This document shows positions 1 to 8,460 of a stretch of DNA of 64,000 bases, piece by piece. The notes beneath the pieces are model-generated. The model was not told the DNA's origin, did not search any database, and was given only the letters and a program-made list of their open reading frames with translations. Positions within the stretch are counted from its first letter, which is position 1. The number at the start of each line of letters is the position of its first letter. The stretch lies in the IMG/VR virus record IMGVR_UViG_3300028127_000003. The stretch is one strand, 5' to 3'. Made by a program: the position numbers and the translations under genes. Origin of the DNA: a virus.

Positions 1-285
1 CTCGGCACTGGATTCGATTCCTAAAACCATCTTTACACCAAAATAAAGAAGAAGCATTGCACCTGCTAATGCAAAGTGGAATGTTTCAATACCTAATAAC
101 ATGAAGAGGGTTTTACCTACAAATAGGAAAGATATCATAATGCATATTGCGATTAACGTAGCCTTCGCCGATTCTATTTCACCATTCTCCTTTCTAAGCT
201 TGATGATTAGTGGTACATTACCTGGCATATCGATAACCGCAAACAGGGTTAAAAAAACCGTAAGAACGTTTAAGATTAGTTCCAT
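1..285 (-). CDS. MarC-family (UPF0056) inner membrane protein, truncated by window edge
   Basis: Own translation from ATG at 285: MELILNVLTVFLTLFAVIDMPGNVPLIIKL...FLFVGKTLFMLLGIETFHFALAGAMLLLYFGVKMV. This matches the MarC N-terminal pattern (LFaviDP.GNvP...lf.G..ll..lGI....f.lAGgilL). Open to position 1; missing from the ORF track. Confidence 0.8.
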   Translation of the reverse strand, partial: MELILNVLTVFLTLFAVIDMPGNVPLIIKLRKENGEIESAKATLIAICIMISFLFVGKTLFMLLGIETFHFALAGAMLLLYFGVKMVLGIESSAE

Positions 286-330
286 CTTTTAATAATATTT
301 AAATAGTTCGGTTTCTTCTTCTACCGTCCC

Positions 331-921
331 ATTGTACTTTCTTGGTTTGACCAAGAATTCTAAACCTAGAAACTCTACTATTCAGACTTGCTCTTTCGTG
401 GTTTATCTGAGTGTTTCCGTTGTTTGACTGTTCACTGTTCATGATTTAAACTGTTTTTATCATTACTTACCCCCTAAGAACCTAGCTTTCACTAGGTTCT
501 GGGTTATAACATAGAAGGATCGTGTACTAAGGTATACTAGCCTTAGAAGATCGTCTTATTGTATGATATACTGCATACCAACTAACTTTACTATTATTTC
601 AAGTTCTACTCAAGATGGTTAATCTCGTTATAGCGCCACAATGGCTTTAGTTGTACTTTATCCCCTATAAGATAGGATTATTCAGTCAGTTTACGGCAAG
701 GGTTCCTTTCGGCTGCTTGCAATGCTCTCGGAAAAATCAGTTTAGATTTATCTTTTCCGATCTACCACTATCTACTCTGTCGAGTCTCAATTACTCACTT
801 CTGCAATCGAGCCGAAACTTGTTCGGTGTCTTAGTGTGCCTTAATCCCTCTTTCCATTAGGATTTTTTCGGCAATACACTCACATTCTAGATGATCAATC
901 TGGTAATGTGCCTTCTACAAT
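331..921 (-). ncRNA. Large structured ncRNA, ROOL-like (~590 nt)
   Basis: No credible ORF over 650 nt between two genes. Ends pair (ATTGTA/TACAAT). Many internal helices: CACATT/AATGTG, TCGGAAAA/TTTTTCCGA, GCAAG..CC-GAAA-GG..CTTGC, AGAACCTAG/CTAGGTTCT, TCAGA/TCTGA, CTTGG/CCAAG. Motifs CTAGAATGTG, GACAGAGT, CATTGCAAGCAGCCGAAAGGAA, TAAAGTACAA and ATTGTGGCGCTATAACGA match my recollection of ROOL RNAs. Confidence 0.72.
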
Positions 922-922
922 A

Positions 923-933
923 TGTTAAAGAAC
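923..933 (-). promoter_or_regulatory. boxA-like antitermination element (GTTCTTTAACA)
   Basis: Minus strand GTTCTTTAACA immediately 5' of the ROOL-like RNA; canonical boxA is TGCTCTTTAACA. Confidence 0.55.
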
Positions 934-957
934 GTTTTCCTTGGTTAGTATATAACC

Positions 958-1140
958 TTAGACTTTTGCTTTATTTGCTTCAGAAACTGCAACTCTTACA
1001 TCTTGCGCTAACGCTTTGATAGCTTGCATTCCTTTTCTTACTCTTGTTCCTGCTGCTTTGTTTCCTTTTTCGTTAAACTTAGTAGCGTCGTCCTGAATTG
1101 AATCCAGGGTTTCTTGGATTTGTGATAATAAATTTGTCAT
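958..1140 (-). CDS. Histone H1-like (Hc1-family) small basic protein, Bacteroidota type
   Basis: DATKF.EKGNKAAGTRVRK motif typical of Bacteroidetes histone H1-like proteins. Confidence 0.8.
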   Translation of the reverse strand: MTNLLSQIQETLDSIQDDATKFNEKGNKAAGTRVRKGMQAIKALAQDVRVAVSEANKAKV

Positions 1141-1202
1141 TTCTTTGAATTTTTAATATTTAATTGTTATTCGGTAATTATACCAATATCTTTAATTTAG
1201 TT

Positions 1203-1670
1203 TCAACTTTTATTGAATTTTTTTTCAATTAATTCTAAACTTTTTACATGCTCTACTTCCCATACTCTATTTCTGAGTTCTGTGCTTGAAAAACCATGAT
1301 CTCTTTTATTATATATGATCTCGATTCCTCTCTTTACACATGTATCTTTTCCTGTAAAATTCTTATCTTTATATTCGATACCTATTACTCTACAATCAAT
1401 ATCGAAACTTGCGAAAATATCTTCGAGATCCTTTTCAGTTTGGTAAGGGACTATTTCATCTACATATCTACAAGCCTTAACTTGAATGTATCTTTCGACT
1501 AAAGACTGGATAGGAGGGTTCTTGGAATCAGGTCGATCAATTGAGGGATCTGTTTGTAAAGCAACTATTAGATAATCGCACTCTTTCTTAGCTTCCTCTA
1601 GCATCTTTACATGACCTGCATGAAACAGATCAAATGTAGAGCATGTAATTCCGGTTCTCTTATTTTGCAT
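1203..1670 (-). CDS. Cytidylyltransferase (glycerol-3-phosphate cytidylyltransferase, TagD-like)
   Basis: FDLFHAGH (HxGH) motif, ERYIQVKACRYVDE, R..GFSSTELR. Confidence 0.85.
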   Translation of the reverse strand: MQNKRTGITCSTFDLFHAGHVKMLEEAKKECDYLIVALQTDPSIDRPDSKNPPIQSLVERYIQVKACRYVDEIVPYQTEKDLEDIFASFDIDCRVIGIEYKDKNFTGKDTCVKRGIEIIYNKRDHGFSSTELRNRVWEVEHVKSLELIEKKFNKS

Positions 1671-1893
1671 GTTCTTCTTCTATTTTCTCGTATTTATACA
1701 CACCTTTAATTATATTATTAAGGGCAATTCCCTGTGATGTTGCATCTCTAAAGGCATGGTAGTCGTTTTCTTCTACTTCTTTATATAAATAAGTTCCATG
1801 TTTAAATCCAACATATAATTCCTTTGTCTTATAAATATATGAAGACGATACAATAGTCGAAGAGTCGTATAAGTTAGTTTGTGTTGTTATCAT
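1660..1893 (-). CDS. KTSC domain protein
   Basis: SS.I.S..Y....ELYV.F..GTY.Y..V....Y..F..A.S.G...N..IKG.Y pattern. Confidence 0.8.
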   Translation of the reverse strand: MITTQTNLYDSSTIVSSSYIYKTKELYVGFKHGTYLYKEVEENDYHAFRDATSQGIALNNIIKGVYKYEKIEEEHAK

Positions 1894-2174
1894 TTCTTTT
1901 TCTTTTTGAGTGCTGCTTTCTTTTTTGCTTCCTTTGCCTTAAGTGCTTCTTTTTCTTTCTTTGCTCTTTCCTTTAAAACGTTTTTAGGTTCAAGTTTAAT
2001 ATCTACATAACCGTCTTTGTCTTTTTTGATACAAGTTTCACAATATGGCGTAGAATACATATTAGTCTTATCGGGTAGTGATCTATTCATGTATCTCGTT
2101 ACTGTATATAAATCTCCATCTGGAAAATCTTCGATACAACCCGAGCATACTGTTAACTTTATTTCTCTTGCCAT
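1890..2174 (-). CDS. Hypothetical protein with two CxxC pairs and a Lys-rich tail
   Basis: ORF track; CSGC and CETC; downstream of the promoter at 2179-2207. Confidence 0.6.
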   Translation of the reverse strand: MAREIKLTVCSGCIEDFPDGDLYTVTRYMNRSLPDKTNMYSTPYCETCIKKDKDGYVDIKLEPKNVLKERAKKEKEALKAKEAKKKAALKKKKK

Positions 2175-2179
2175 GTAGT

Positions 2180-2326
2180 TTATACTTCTTTTTGAGAATT
2201 TGTTTCTATAAACGCATTGTGATTTTTATTATCAGTGCCGCAGAATCCACATTTTTCTAAATAAGGAGAATTCATTGAGCCACATCCACATCGCCATATA
2301 TGATCTGTTATTGATTTATATTTCAT
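2180..2326 (-). CDS. Small zinc-ribbon protein (48 aa)
   Basis: Own translation MKYKSITDHIWRCGCGSMNSPYLEKCGFCGTDNK...; fills the gap between two genes; W-x-C-x-C...C-x2-C. Confidence 0.6.
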   Translation of the reverse strand: MKYKSITDHIWRCGCGSMNSPYLEKCGFCGTDNKNHNAFIETNSQKEV

Positions 2327-3008
2327 AATTTTTTAAAAATACATTAAGTTTCGTAAGATCCATTGTCGTATCCTTTGGGAAATGATCAGGGGCAGGTGCT
2401 GAATCAACATCTTTTTCTCTAGATGCATATTCATATACGCTCTTCGAAGGTGTTCCTATATTCCATACACCTTTCTGCTCTGCTTTAATTAGCTTGATCC
2501 ACTGATTTACTAATACATCTACATCATCGAAATTTCCTATCTGATCGTTCCATGCAGTTGCATAAGGAAATGGATTAATTCTGTGACTCCCTCTTACGAT
2601 TAGATAATCATCTGAATGTCTAATGATATGCTCGTCTGCTAATAATTTAGAATATGCATACCATGTTTTATCAGGAATAGGAATATCTTCTTCGCTTGCA
2701 TTTGGATTTGAACCAGCATATACGTAATCTGTAGAATAGTGAATTAGTTTTATTCCTCTATGATTACAGAATTCAGCCAAGTTTGCAACTGAATGATAAT
2801 TAGTTTGAAGCATTTTAGATTTATCATCAGAATAGGTGTCTGTGTATGCAATGCAATTGACTATCGTAGTGCAGTCCTTTGGAATTAAATTAATAACACT
2901 ACTAAGACTATTAAAATTTAAAAAGTCCTGTTTTCTTGAAATATAAGACCATCCTGTTTGTCCTATAAGTTCTGATGCTAATAAACCGTCTCCTAAAACT
3001 ATTGTCAT
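2316..3008 (-). CDS. rmlD: dTDP-4-dehydrorhamnose reductase-like SDR (RmlD family)
   Basis: VLGDGLLAS Rossmann motif, IVNCIAYT, HYSTDYVY, YAYSK (YxxxK). Confidence 0.75.
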   Translation of the reverse strand: MTIVLGDGLLASELIGQTGWSYISRKQDFLNFNSLSSVINLIPKDCTTIVNCIAYTDTYSDDKSKMLQTNYHSVANLAEFCNHRGIKLIHYSTDYVYAGSNPNASEEDIPIPDKTWYAYSKLLADEHIIRHSDDYLIVRGSHRINPFPYATAWNDQIGNFDDVDVLVNQWIKLIKAEQKGVWNIGTPSKSVYEYASREKDVDSAPAPDHFPKDTTMDLTKLNVFLKNYEI

Positions 3009-3031
3009 ATATGGGATTTAATTAATTATAT

Positions 3032-4324
3032 TTAAAAGGTACGCTCTGTTTCATAAACCGCTTTGATCACAGGGAACCTAAGTGAATGTTCTCCATGTTG
3101 ATTTGTAGTTTCTTCAAAATATTGAACAGTGATTTGCTTTCCTAGAATTTTATCAGGATTTTTAAAATAAAATCTTTTTTGTTCATGTGAAAAACCAGAA
3201 CCAACCTGAACTCTACTTCCTTTATGTTCAACTACAACATTCTTAAGCATCATTTCTTCAACTTCTTTCCCGTCAACGATAACTCTATTAAGAGCATTCT
3301 CTAAATCAACTACATAATATTCATCATCATAGAATTTCTTAACCTTAAGAACATCACTAGAACGTTTTCCTTGGTATGTTGTATTCTTACGAAGCATTAG
3401 TCCTTCCCATCCTCCTTCTTTCGATAGTTCCATCATTCTTTCCATTACAAGATCATCTCCTAACATTTGAACAAGGTGGCTAATAAATTGATCGCCATCT
3501 AGAACATACGCTCTAAGGTTAGATTGTCTTTCACTAAAAGAGGTAATAGATTCTTTATCGTTAAATTCTTTAATGGTCAATAAATCAAAGATATGATAAA
3601 ATGGATTTGTAATAGTATGATCTTTTCTTTTAATTTGCTTAATGATACCTTGGAAATCTTCATTTCCATTTTCATCTACCATACAAACTTCACCATCAAA
3701 CACCATATTCGTAAGACCTAATCTTTGGATAGAAGGTTTCAAAGAATCTAGTGTTGTAAATTCTTTTCCTGCTCTACTATAGAAATTAACATCTCCTTTA
3801 TCATCAATAATTGCTAGACATCTAACACCATCTAGTTTACGACTAACATACCATCCGTCATTCCAATCTACTTTCTTTTTAGTCTTTTCGTCATACGCTT
3901 GAGCGAGTGCTACGTCAAAGGTTGGAATTAAACCCGGTACAACTTTATTAATCATAGAAATAGTTGACCTAGTTTTTAGGTTTCCGTCAATGATATTCCA
4001 AATAAGATCAGAGTATTCTTTATTCTCTTCTACAAATGTATTTACCGCTTCAATCGCAGAATGACCAGTTATTTGTCGAGAACTCAATGCATCTAACAAA
4101 GAGAAGATATCAGTATAAGATCCGAAAGGAAGCACTAGATCACTTCTCTTCTTACAGTTTTTTGAAGTAACATAATACTGTTTAAACGTGTCGTATGTAT
4201 ACTGCAGCACTTTAAGAACATCTGGTTGATTAGAATACTTCTTAATTACGTTAATCTTGTCCGTGTTTGAATTTGTTGAATTAGATTCGTTTACAAATTC
4301 TTGTGTAAGTTTTAATTCTTTCAT
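3032..4324 (-). CDS. ATP-dependent DNA ligase
   Basis: KLDGVR adenylation motif, FDGE, EGLMLR, KVK, OB domain VGSGFS...LRFP. Confidence 0.95.
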   Translation of the reverse strand: MKELKLTQEFVNESNSTNSNTDKINVIKKYSNQPDVLKVLQYTYDTFKQYYVTSKNCKKRSDLVLPFGSYTDIFSLLDALSSRQITGHSAIEAVNTFVEENKEYSDLIWNIIDGNLKTRSTISMINKVVPGLIPTFDVALAQAYDEKTKKKVDWNDGWYVSRKLDGVRCLAIIDDKGDVNFYSRAGKEFTTLDSLKPSIQRLGLTNMVFDGEVCMVDENGNEDFQGIIKQIKRKDHTITNPFYHIFDLLTIKEFNDKESITSFSERQSNLRAYVLDGDQFISHLVQMLGDDLVMERMMELSKEGGWEGLMLRKNTTYQGKRSSDVLKVKKFYDDEYYVVDLENALNRVIVDGKEVEEMMLKNVVVEHKGSRVQVGSGFSHEQKRFYFKNPDKILGKQITVQYFEETTNQHGEHSLRFPVIKAVYETERTF

Positions 4325-4325
4325 A

Positions 4326-4649
4326 TTAATAGTTATTAGATTCTACTCTGTCATGAACTGCAATTGGTGCAGAAGATGGAAATCTTGAGTCTGAAGTGTG
4401 AATAAAATTGCCGCCAAACATTGTGTGTTTATTGTTCTTGTATAATCCGGCAGGAACTGCATACCATGCTTCCTTTCCGAATAGCTGTCTTTCTACTAAA
4501 ACCAATTCATCATCTGGAATTAAGGTTAAATCTGCTAAATCGGCATCAGGGCCATAGTGCAGAATAATAGAGTCTTCTCTTGAAGATAGACCATTGTTTG
4601 TTGAATCTCCCATAGAGTTTCTAAGTACGAATGTTAGGATGTTTGACAT
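4326..4649 (-). CDS. Hypothetical protein
   Basis: ORF directly downstream of the early-type repeat at 4665. Confidence 0.7.
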   Translation of the reverse strand: MSNILTFVLRNSMGDSTNNGLSSREDSIILHYGPDADLADLTLIPDDELVLVERQLFGKEAWYAVPAGLYKNNKHTMFGGNFIHTSDSRFPSSAPIAVHDRVESNNY

Positions 4650-4664
4650 ATTTTGTTTGTTTGA

Positions 4665-4728
4665 TTATTACTATACTAATATAAGCAAAAAATCTGAGAT
4701 AAAAAAACTTTTAGCTGTTTATTTTCAA
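4665..4728 (-). promoter_or_regulatory. Early-type promoter repeat, copy 1
   Basis: Core CTAATATAAGCAAAAwwTCTGAGATAAAAAAA (plus strand); 7 copies in the window, each upstream of a minus-strand gene. Confidence 0.75.
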
Positions 4729-4797
4729 TTTATTTTCAATTTAGTCCCCAAAAAGGAATAAATTGCTTTATTCCCTTCTGATATACTATAAAATAGA

Positions 4798-5286
4798 TTA
4801 CTTTGCATCGAAATCATTTAAGATTTCTTCTCTAATCTGTTTAATATAATTTGTCTTCTCAAGTCTAGTAAGTTCATCTACATCCCATAGGTGACTTGCC
4901 TTAATCTTAAATAATTTTTTAATAGAAGAACCAAACGCAGATTGTGCTAATCTAGATTCTGCACTTAACCATCTCCAAATACTTTTAGATCTGTTATGAG
5001 AAATCATAGCTTCAATATGCTTTCCTTCAAAATCAAATGGTTCTAAGAATAAATCAACTAAAGGTAACCATGCAGAATTTGCGATGATATACACATGTGT
5101 TGCATTTTTAACTCTTAAATTAAAGTTTTTTGGCTTAGCCTCAGGACCTACTTTTCCGTTTACATAAAGATCTAATACTTCATGTTTTATTTCTAATACG
5201 TCAAATACTCTTGCAATAGTTCTTAACATTGTAGTCTGTTCGAAACTATTCATATTTGGTTGTGCAATTACGATAAGTGCTCTCAT
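4798..5286 (-). CDS. Degenerate flavodoxin-fold (NAD(P)H oxidoreductase-like) protein
   Basis: N-terminus LIVIAQPNMNSF...EVLDLY aligns with the intact paralog at 18000, but the HP and SPxWW motifs are altered. Confidence 0.55.
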   Translation of the reverse strand: MRALIVIAQPNMNSFEQTTMLRTIARVFDVLEIKHEVLDLYVNGKVGPEAKPKNFNLRVKNATHVYIIANSAWLPLVDLFLEPFDFEGKHIEAMISHNRSKSIWRWLSAESRLAQSAFGSSIKKLFKIKASHLWDVDELTRLEKTNYIKQIREEILNDFDAK

Positions 5287-5328
5287 TCTTTGGTTATAAT
5301 TTTGTTTAGGGTATATATCAGAGTGTCT

Positions 5329-5727
5329 TTAATTTTGTTCTGATTTTTTAAATTTATCTTTAACTTTTTGACCTACTGGAATAGCTTCTCCTTGTTCATC
5401 TATTCTAACAAATTTAATATTGGTTGCTAGAATAATAGCTTGTCTTCCGTCATATACATTATGTGATCTTGCTTCAATAGAAAGAGTGACTGACGTTCTT
5501 CCTATGCTCTTTACATCTCCATATATTTTTAGTAGATGTCCTTCCTTTGCTGGTTTTTTAAAAACACATTCATCTATAAGAACGGTTACCATTCGAGGAG
5601 TATCACATACTTGTGAAGCATAAGAAGCTCCAGCTGCATCTACCCATGCTAATAATTTACCTCCAAAAAGATTTCCGTGAAAACCCAGGTCTGATTTTTT
5701 TACTGGATGTGTTGATATTAATTCCAT
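5329..5727 (-). CDS. Acyl-CoA thioesterase (hotdog fold, YciA-like)
   Basis: DL.FHGNLFGGKLLAWVD.AG...MVTV.ID...F.KP; start MELIS chosen because an upstream small ORF ends at 5729. Confidence 0.9.
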   Translation of the reverse strand: MELISTHPVKKSDLGFHGNLFGGKLLAWVDAAGASYASQVCDTPRMVTVLIDECVFKKPAKEGHLLKIYGDVKSIGRTSVTLSIEARSHNVYDGRQAIILATNIKFVRIDEQGEAIPVGQKVKDKFKKSEQN

Positions 5728-5728
5728 A

Positions 5729-5833
5729 TCAGTAGTCATAATCGTCATCGTTATATTCAGTGGGTTTGTTTATTGATATACCATCATATTCGGTATTTTC
5801 AATGTCGTCGTATTCGTCTTCAGGATCTGTCAT
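5729..5833 (-). CDS. Highly acidic 34-aa peptide
   Basis: Own translation MTDPEDEYDDIENTEYDGISINKPTEYNDDDYDY; fills the gap exactly. Confidence 0.5.
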   Translation of the reverse strand: MTDPEDEYDDIENTEYDGISINKPTEYNDDDYDY

Positions 5834-5837
5834 TTGT

Positions 5838-6431
5838 TTATTTATAATGTCCTCCTCCTAACCACAGGACGAATGACTTTCTTATTCCTTTAGTTACTGG
5901 CTTAACTGCATGGACCATATAGCTTGGAAATAGGACAACGGTTCCTTTTCCTCTCGGTGCTATTAAATTATTATTTTCAAGGCTGTTTCCACCCATCCAA
6001 AATAATAGTTCTCCTCCTTCATATTCAGTATCGTCTGACAATTGAACTGTTATAGAAACTTTTCTAACAGATAATTCATTTGGTCCAATATCTTGATGCC
6101 ATCCATATTCACCCATATTAGTTCCATGATATTCTGTGTATTGTATATTTTCAGGTGCAGATATTAAATCAAAATTCCACATTTCATTATTTGCTGTTTC
6201 TGCAAACATCATTAATTTTTCATAAAGCCAATCCCACTCTTTAGTTTGTGGAATCCATTTTAATTTAGATTTTCTTGAGTCTATTTCACCAGCAGCTGTA
6301 GTTGCATTATAAAACGGGAGTTCTCCTACCATTTTAGATATTTTCTCTAATTCTGCTGAATCGAATCCATTATCAAAATAATAGAAATCAGTTGCATGAT
6401 TTTCAGGTGTTTTAAAGGTATGTGCTTTCAT
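5838..6431 (-). CDS. 2OG-Fe(II) oxygenase (PKHD-type)
   Basis: YGWHQD...RKVSITVQLS...YEGGEL...FPSYMVH.V.PVTKG.RKS.V.W. Confidence 0.9.
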   Translation of the reverse strand: MKAHTFKTPENHATDFYYFDNGFDSAELEKISKMVGELPFYNATTAAGEIDSRKSKLKWIPQTKEWDWLYEKLMMFAETANNEMWNFDLISAPENIQYTEYHGTNMGEYGWHQDIGPNELSVRKVSITVQLSDDTEYEGGELLFWMGGNSLENNNLIAPRGKGTVVLFPSYMVHAVKPVTKGIRKSFVLWLGGGHYK

Positions 6432-6434
6432 ATT

Positions 6435-6554
6435 CTATTTATCCTCTTCTTTAATGATATTGCCGTTTTCATCAACTAGAGGGGCGGTTATCATTGAATA
6501 GATTATTCCAACCCATGATATTACAAATGCACCTAATATTATTTTTATAACCAT
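6435..6554 (-). CDS. Small single-TM protein (39 aa)
   Basis: Own translation MVIKIILGAFVISWVGIIYSMITAPLVDENGNIIKEEDK. Confidence 0.55.
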   Translation of the reverse strand: MVIKIILGAFVISWVGIIYSMITAPLVDENGNIIKEEDK

Positions 6555-7345
6555 TATTTTATGTCATCAATGTTATTAATCTGATCTGCTGAAGATCTAT
6601 TTCTATTATATTGGTCTACGAGCCATTTATCTCTTTTCTTACTGTCCTTTAATATTCTATAAGTATGTTCCCAATCTTTAACCTGAAATACTTCATGAGG
6701 TAATTTTAAAACATTAGCAAGGTCATAGTCATTTCCTCCTTTTTCAGTTTTATCTCCATAGAATCTAATAACCGTATCTTCTCCTATATTTTCTAAGATC
6801 CATTTCTTAGCTTGACTCTTGTTTGCTCCTTTAGGGTGTATGTCTATTGAGATTTGACCACCGACCGAAGCCTCTAATTCAGGGAAGTTTTCATTAATGA
6901 GTTGTGCCATATCTAATCGTTCCTTATTGAAATCATCCCATTCTGCATAGTCTTCTCTTTCTCTTTGAGAACAATCTCTTCCAATTACTGAAAAATTACA
7001 AAGTCCTATTCTGTGTTCAATGTGGTTTGATGTTCTTTTTCTATATTTAGAAATTACCAAAAATTGTTCAAGTAAAGAAATCAATCCTTCATCGGCTTTC
7101 CAAGAATTTCTAGAAACCTCTTCTCCTTTAACAAATATATGATTTCCACAAGACTGCATGCATGCAGTTGCTTCATTCCATACATCTAATCCTATTTGTT
7201 CGATTGTTTTATCTTTATCTGATCCTGTTACGAATATTACAGTTTTACCTTTCATCCATTTTAAAAAGTATTTTTTAAATTTAGGATCCATTGAAAGCCT
7301 GCTTGGGGTTAGTGTCCCATCTACGTCGAATACGTGTGCTATCAT
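6554..7345 (-). CDS. HAD-superfamily phosphomannomutase (eukaryote-type PMM family)
   Basis: FDVDGTLTPSR, HIEHRIGLCNFSVIGR, GGQISID..PKG.NK, FYGDK...GGNDY. Start set at MIAHVF because a promoter overlaps the longer start. Confidence 0.85.
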   Translation of the reverse strand: MIAHVFDVDGTLTPSRLSMDPKFKKYFLKWMKGKTVIFVTGSDKDKTIEQIGLDVWNEATACMQSCGNHIFVKGEEVSRNSWKADEGLISLLEQFLVISKYRKRTSNHIEHRIGLCNFSVIGRDCSQREREDYAEWDDFNKERLDMAQLINENFPELEASVGGQISIDIHPKGANKSQAKKWILENIGEDTVIRFYGDKTEKGGNDYDLANVLKLPHEVFQVKDWEHTYRILKDSKKRDKWLVDQYNRNRSSADQINNIDDIK

Positions 7346-7364
7346 CTTATTAGTTTTGTTACTA

Positions 7365-7393
7365 ATTATATTCATCTAAATATAAATGTTTCA
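7365..7393 (-). promoter_or_regulatory. TGAAAC-N17-TATAAT promoter (middle-type)
   Basis: Exact 17-bp spacing; the motif recurs 13 times. Confidence 0.7.
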
Positions 7394-7427
7394 TATACGA
7401 ATAATTATATCTTAATGAATATAATGT

Positions 7428-7456
7428 AAAAAGGGACAGATTTCTCTGTCCCTTTA
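7428..7456. terminator. Intrinsic terminator
   Basis: AAAAAGGGACAGA-ttt-c-TCTGTCCCTTTT inverted repeat. Confidence 0.8.
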
Positions 7457-7488
7457 TTTAGATTATGCTAATCGCTTACGCTTCTTTC

Positions 7489-7776
7489 TTAAAGTTCTTC
7501 CTCTTTAGCTTCTTCTTTAGCTTCTTCTTTTCCTTGGAGTTTACCCCAAATCTTATCAGCTGAAGATAAACCCAAGGCTCCGAAAGCAAGGGCAGCAACT
7601 GCATTAACTAGTGTGTCTGAGGGCGCTATTGCTATATCAGTAAATTGGTTCATTATTAATGTAACACATAAACTAAGACCAGCTAGTACGCCAACAACTC
7701 TTTTTGATGATGGATTGCCTCTTTCGTCTCGTAAGATTTGGCTAATCCAACTTATAAGTTTTTTCATGACTTTCAC
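7489..7776 (-). CDS. Two-TM membrane protein, holin-like
   Basis: D.RG.PSSKRV.G.L motif, two hydrophobic segments, charged tail; late-type motif upstream. Confidence 0.5.
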   Translation of the reverse strand: MKVMKKLISWISQILRDERGNPSSKRVVGVLAGLSLCVTLIMNQFTDIAIAPSDTLVNAVAALAFGALGLSSADKIWGKLQGKEEAKEEAKEEEL

Positions 7777-7875
7777 TATTTTTAAGAATGAACGCGTTGT
7801 GCATTCATATAACTTATATATTCATAAGTAGCTCCATAAGAGTCATTTTACGTAAAAGAGTAGAATGATATAGTA

Positions 7876-8100
7876 TTAAGATTTCATTTTAAGTAGAAGA
7901 CCACACTTCTCATACTGTTCAAAATATTCATAATGTTCTATCATTACGTCTATTTGATCGTTATCTAGGCCTTCACCAGGTTCTATAAAGAATATAGGCG
8001 GTTCTGTTGCGTTGAGTAATATCTCTTCGAAGGTTTGAGCTCCTGTTAGTACGTTAAATGTATTTTCTATGGATAAATCCATGTATTCTGTTCCTGTCAT
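7876..8100 (-). CDS. Hypothetical protein
   Basis: ORF track; promoter at 8105-8133. Confidence 0.6.
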   Translation of the reverse strand: MTGTEYMDLSIENTFNVLTGAQTFEEILLNATEPPIFFIEPGEGLDNDQIDVMIEHYEYFEQYEKCGLLLKMKS

Positions 8101-8119
8101 GGTATTTATACTCCAAATT

Positions 8120-8452
8120 TTAAGAATGTTTAATATACCTAGTTACCGTAAACTGTTCTCCAGAGTTTGTCCATCCTTCTGGTATTATTATAGTGTATAA
8201 GAACTTGCAATATCCTTCAGGTATATGACGTGCAGTATCTGAATGGCAAAAGATAAACGCTCTATTTCTAACACCATCTGGCATTGCGTTATTTCCCCTA
8301 GACCATGTCATTCTAGTTTCACCTTTATAATAGTACACTTCTACTTCTCCTGTCCAATCGTCACTTGTAAATGTTATCTTCTTTTTTAAGACTTTAGAAA
8401 TAAACCACCTTTTAAAATGATTCCATAATTTTATTATTTCCTTCTTGTACAT
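8120..8452 (-). CDS. Hypothetical protein
   Basis: ORF track; tightly packed with its neighbours. Confidence 0.6.
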   Translation of the reverse strand: MYKKEIIKLWNHFKRWFISKVLKKKITFTSDDWTGEVEVYYYKGETRMTWSRGNNAMPDGVRNRAFIFCHSDTARHIPEGYCKFLYTIIIPEGWTNSGEQFTVTRYIKHS

Positions 8453-8460
8453 TCTTAGAT

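Noticed and set aside
1-40. GGATTCGATTCC as a tRNA T-arm or tmRNA end
   Set aside because: No cloverleaf; explained as MarC coding sequence (LGIESSAE).
101-292. Plus-strand ORF in the track
   Set aside because: Antisense shadow of the MarC-family gene on the minus strand.
651-860. Plus-strand 69-aa ORF
   Set aside because: TTG-type start, no recognisable protein features, antisense to the structured RNA.
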